From Candidatus Aminicenantes bacterium (lineage in GTDB: Bacteria > Acidobacteriota > Aminicenantia > Aminicenantales > JAFGBC01), in contig OY969696.1 in NCBI GenBank assembly GCA_963702005.1, forward strand, positions 960,001-1,024,000: a DNA stretch of 64,000 bases, read 5' to 3'. The position numbers and the translations under genes were made by a program. Every line of letters begins with the position of its first letter. Position 1 is the first letter of the stretch. Below, piece after piece: positions 62,676-64,000 of this stretch. The notes under the pieces are model-generated. The model searched no databases. It had not been told where the DNA came from and saw only the letters and a list, made by a program, of their open reading frames with translations.

Positions 62676-64000
62676 ATGAATAGAAATAAGAATAAGAATA
62701 ATCATAAGAATCTGGCCGCGGCCGCCGCCGTCATGCTCCTGGCCCTCGCGGCGGGATCGTCTGCCGGCCAGACCAAGGTCAAAGAAAAAGACCTGGCCCC
62801 GCCATTCCAGGAGTGGCTGCATCTGACCGCCTACCTCATCACGCCCGCCGAACGGGACGTTTTTTTTATGCTCGGCAACGACCGCGATCGGGAGGCCTTC
62901 ATCGATGCCTTCTGGAAGCAGCGGGACCCGACGCCGGCCACGCCTCAGAACGAGTACCGGGACGAGATCGTCAAGCGCTTCCGATACGTCAACGCCACCT
63001 TTCACCGCGGGACGAGCCGGCCGGGCTGGATGACGGACATGGGGCGGATCTTTATGATCCTCGGCCGGCCGACCAACATCGAGCGGTTCGAGAACTCTCC
63101 CAACATCCATCCGACCCAGGTCTGGTACTACTACGGAGACGCGGCCAAGAACCTGCCGACCAGTTTCGCCATCGTCTTTTTCCAGGCCCGGGGCGGCGAG
63201 TTCCGGCTCTACAACCCCGTTTCGGACGGGCCGGGGAGCCTCATCATCGACACGGAGGGCGTCGACCTGACCGACTACCAGGCCGTTTACGAGAAGATCC
63301 GCGGGCTGGCCCCGACCCTGGCCGGCGTCTCCATCTCCCTCATCCCCGGGCAAATCCCCTTCGGCTATACGCCGTCCCCCCAGTCCGAGCTCATCCTCTC
63401 GACCATCTTCGAATCGCCGAAGAAGGACATCAACCCCGCCTACGCCACTCATTTCCTGAGCTACAAGGGCATCGTCAGCACCGAGTACCTCACCAACTAC
63501 ATCGATAGCAGCGCCTCCCTGGCGCTCATCCGGGACCCCATCCTGGGCCTCGACTTCCTCCACTTCTCGCTGACGCCCCGCAAGCTCTCCCTCGATTTCT
63601 ACGGGCAGGGGAACCAGTACTACTGCAACTTCAAATTGAGCGTCAGCCTGCGCAAGGGGGAGGCCGTCGTCTTCCAGTATTCGAAGGACTATCCGTTCTA
63701 CCTGCCGCCCGACAAGGTCGAGAACGTCCAGGCGAACGGAGTGTCCATTCTCGACCTGTTCCCGATCGCCGAGGGGACCTACGGCCTGACCATCCTCCTC
63801 CAGAACACCGTGGGCAAGGAATTCTCCCTGTTCGAAAAGGAGGTGACCGTTCCGGCGGCCGGCGGACCGGTCCGGCTGACCGAGCCCGTCCTCGGCTACA
63901 AGCTCCAGGACGCGCCGGCGGCCGCCAACGTCCCGTTCAAGGTGCTGAACCAGCAAATCCTGACCGACCCCAAGGCGACGCTGGGCCGCGGCGACGATGT
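62676..64000 (+). CDS. GWxTD domain protein (partial, runs off window)
   Basis: Manual translation from ATG 62676: FWKQRDPTPATPQNE, GWMTDMGRI..ILG.P; absent from ORF track because no stop in window. Confidence 0.9.
   Translation, partial: MNRNKNKNNHKNLAAAAAVMLLALAAGSSAGQTKVKEKDLAPPFQEWLHLTAYLITPAERDVFFMLGNDRDREAFIDAFWKQRDPTPATPQNEYRDEIVKRFRYVNATFHRGTSRPGWMTDMGRIFMILGRPTNIERFENSPNIHPTQVWYYYGDAAKNLPTSFAIVFFQARGGEFRLYNPVSDGPGSLIIDTEGVDLTDYQAVYEKIRGLAPTLAGVSISLIPGQIPFGYTPSPQSELILSTIFESPKKDINPAYATHFLSYKGIVSTEYLTNYIDSSASLALIRDPILGLDFLHFSLTPRKLSLDFYGQGNQYYCNFKLSVSLRKGEAVVFQYSKDYPFYLPPDKVENVQANGVSILDLFPIAEGTYGLTILLQNTVGKEFSLFEKEVTVPAAGGPVRLTEPVLGYKLQDAPAAANVPFKVLNQQILTDPKATLGRGDD

Noticed and set aside
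62679-62711. AATAAG-like hexamer repeat at the start of the GWxTD gene
   Set aside because: Short, imperfect and in multiples of three, so no phase-variation potential

Overview
GC-rich bacterial chromosomal window. The gene content (GWxTD proteins, carboxypeptidase-regulatory-domain TonB-dependent receptors, TLPSH sulfatase-like protein, kinase-TPR) suggests an Aminicenantes/Acidobacteriota-like organism; this is inference, not a database match. Left part (1-14.4 kb): core genes (ndk, QueG-like Fe-S protein, surE, amidohydrolase, a 4-gene minor-pilin operon) and a complete rRNA operon (16S, tRNA-Ile, tRNA-Ala, 23S, 5S). Directly after the 5S gene is one intact RRM RNA-binding-protein gene (14629-14958). 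The next ~40 kb is an accessory mosaic. Blocks of cargo genes, mostly secreted or envelope proteins, are separated by at least 8 co-oriented, diverged, truncated or internally deleted relics of that RRM gene and/or its terminator. Interleaved are IS91-like relics, an IS256 relic, an IS1111-type IS110 with readable bridge-RNA guides and an empty target, IS200/IS605-type miniature elements and modular hairpins. Notable cargo: an operon of five secreted paralogs of unknown function next to a papain-like protease, a UxxC selenoprotein missed by the ORF track, and a GWxTD/TonB-receptor/TPR module that recurs at the right end of the window.
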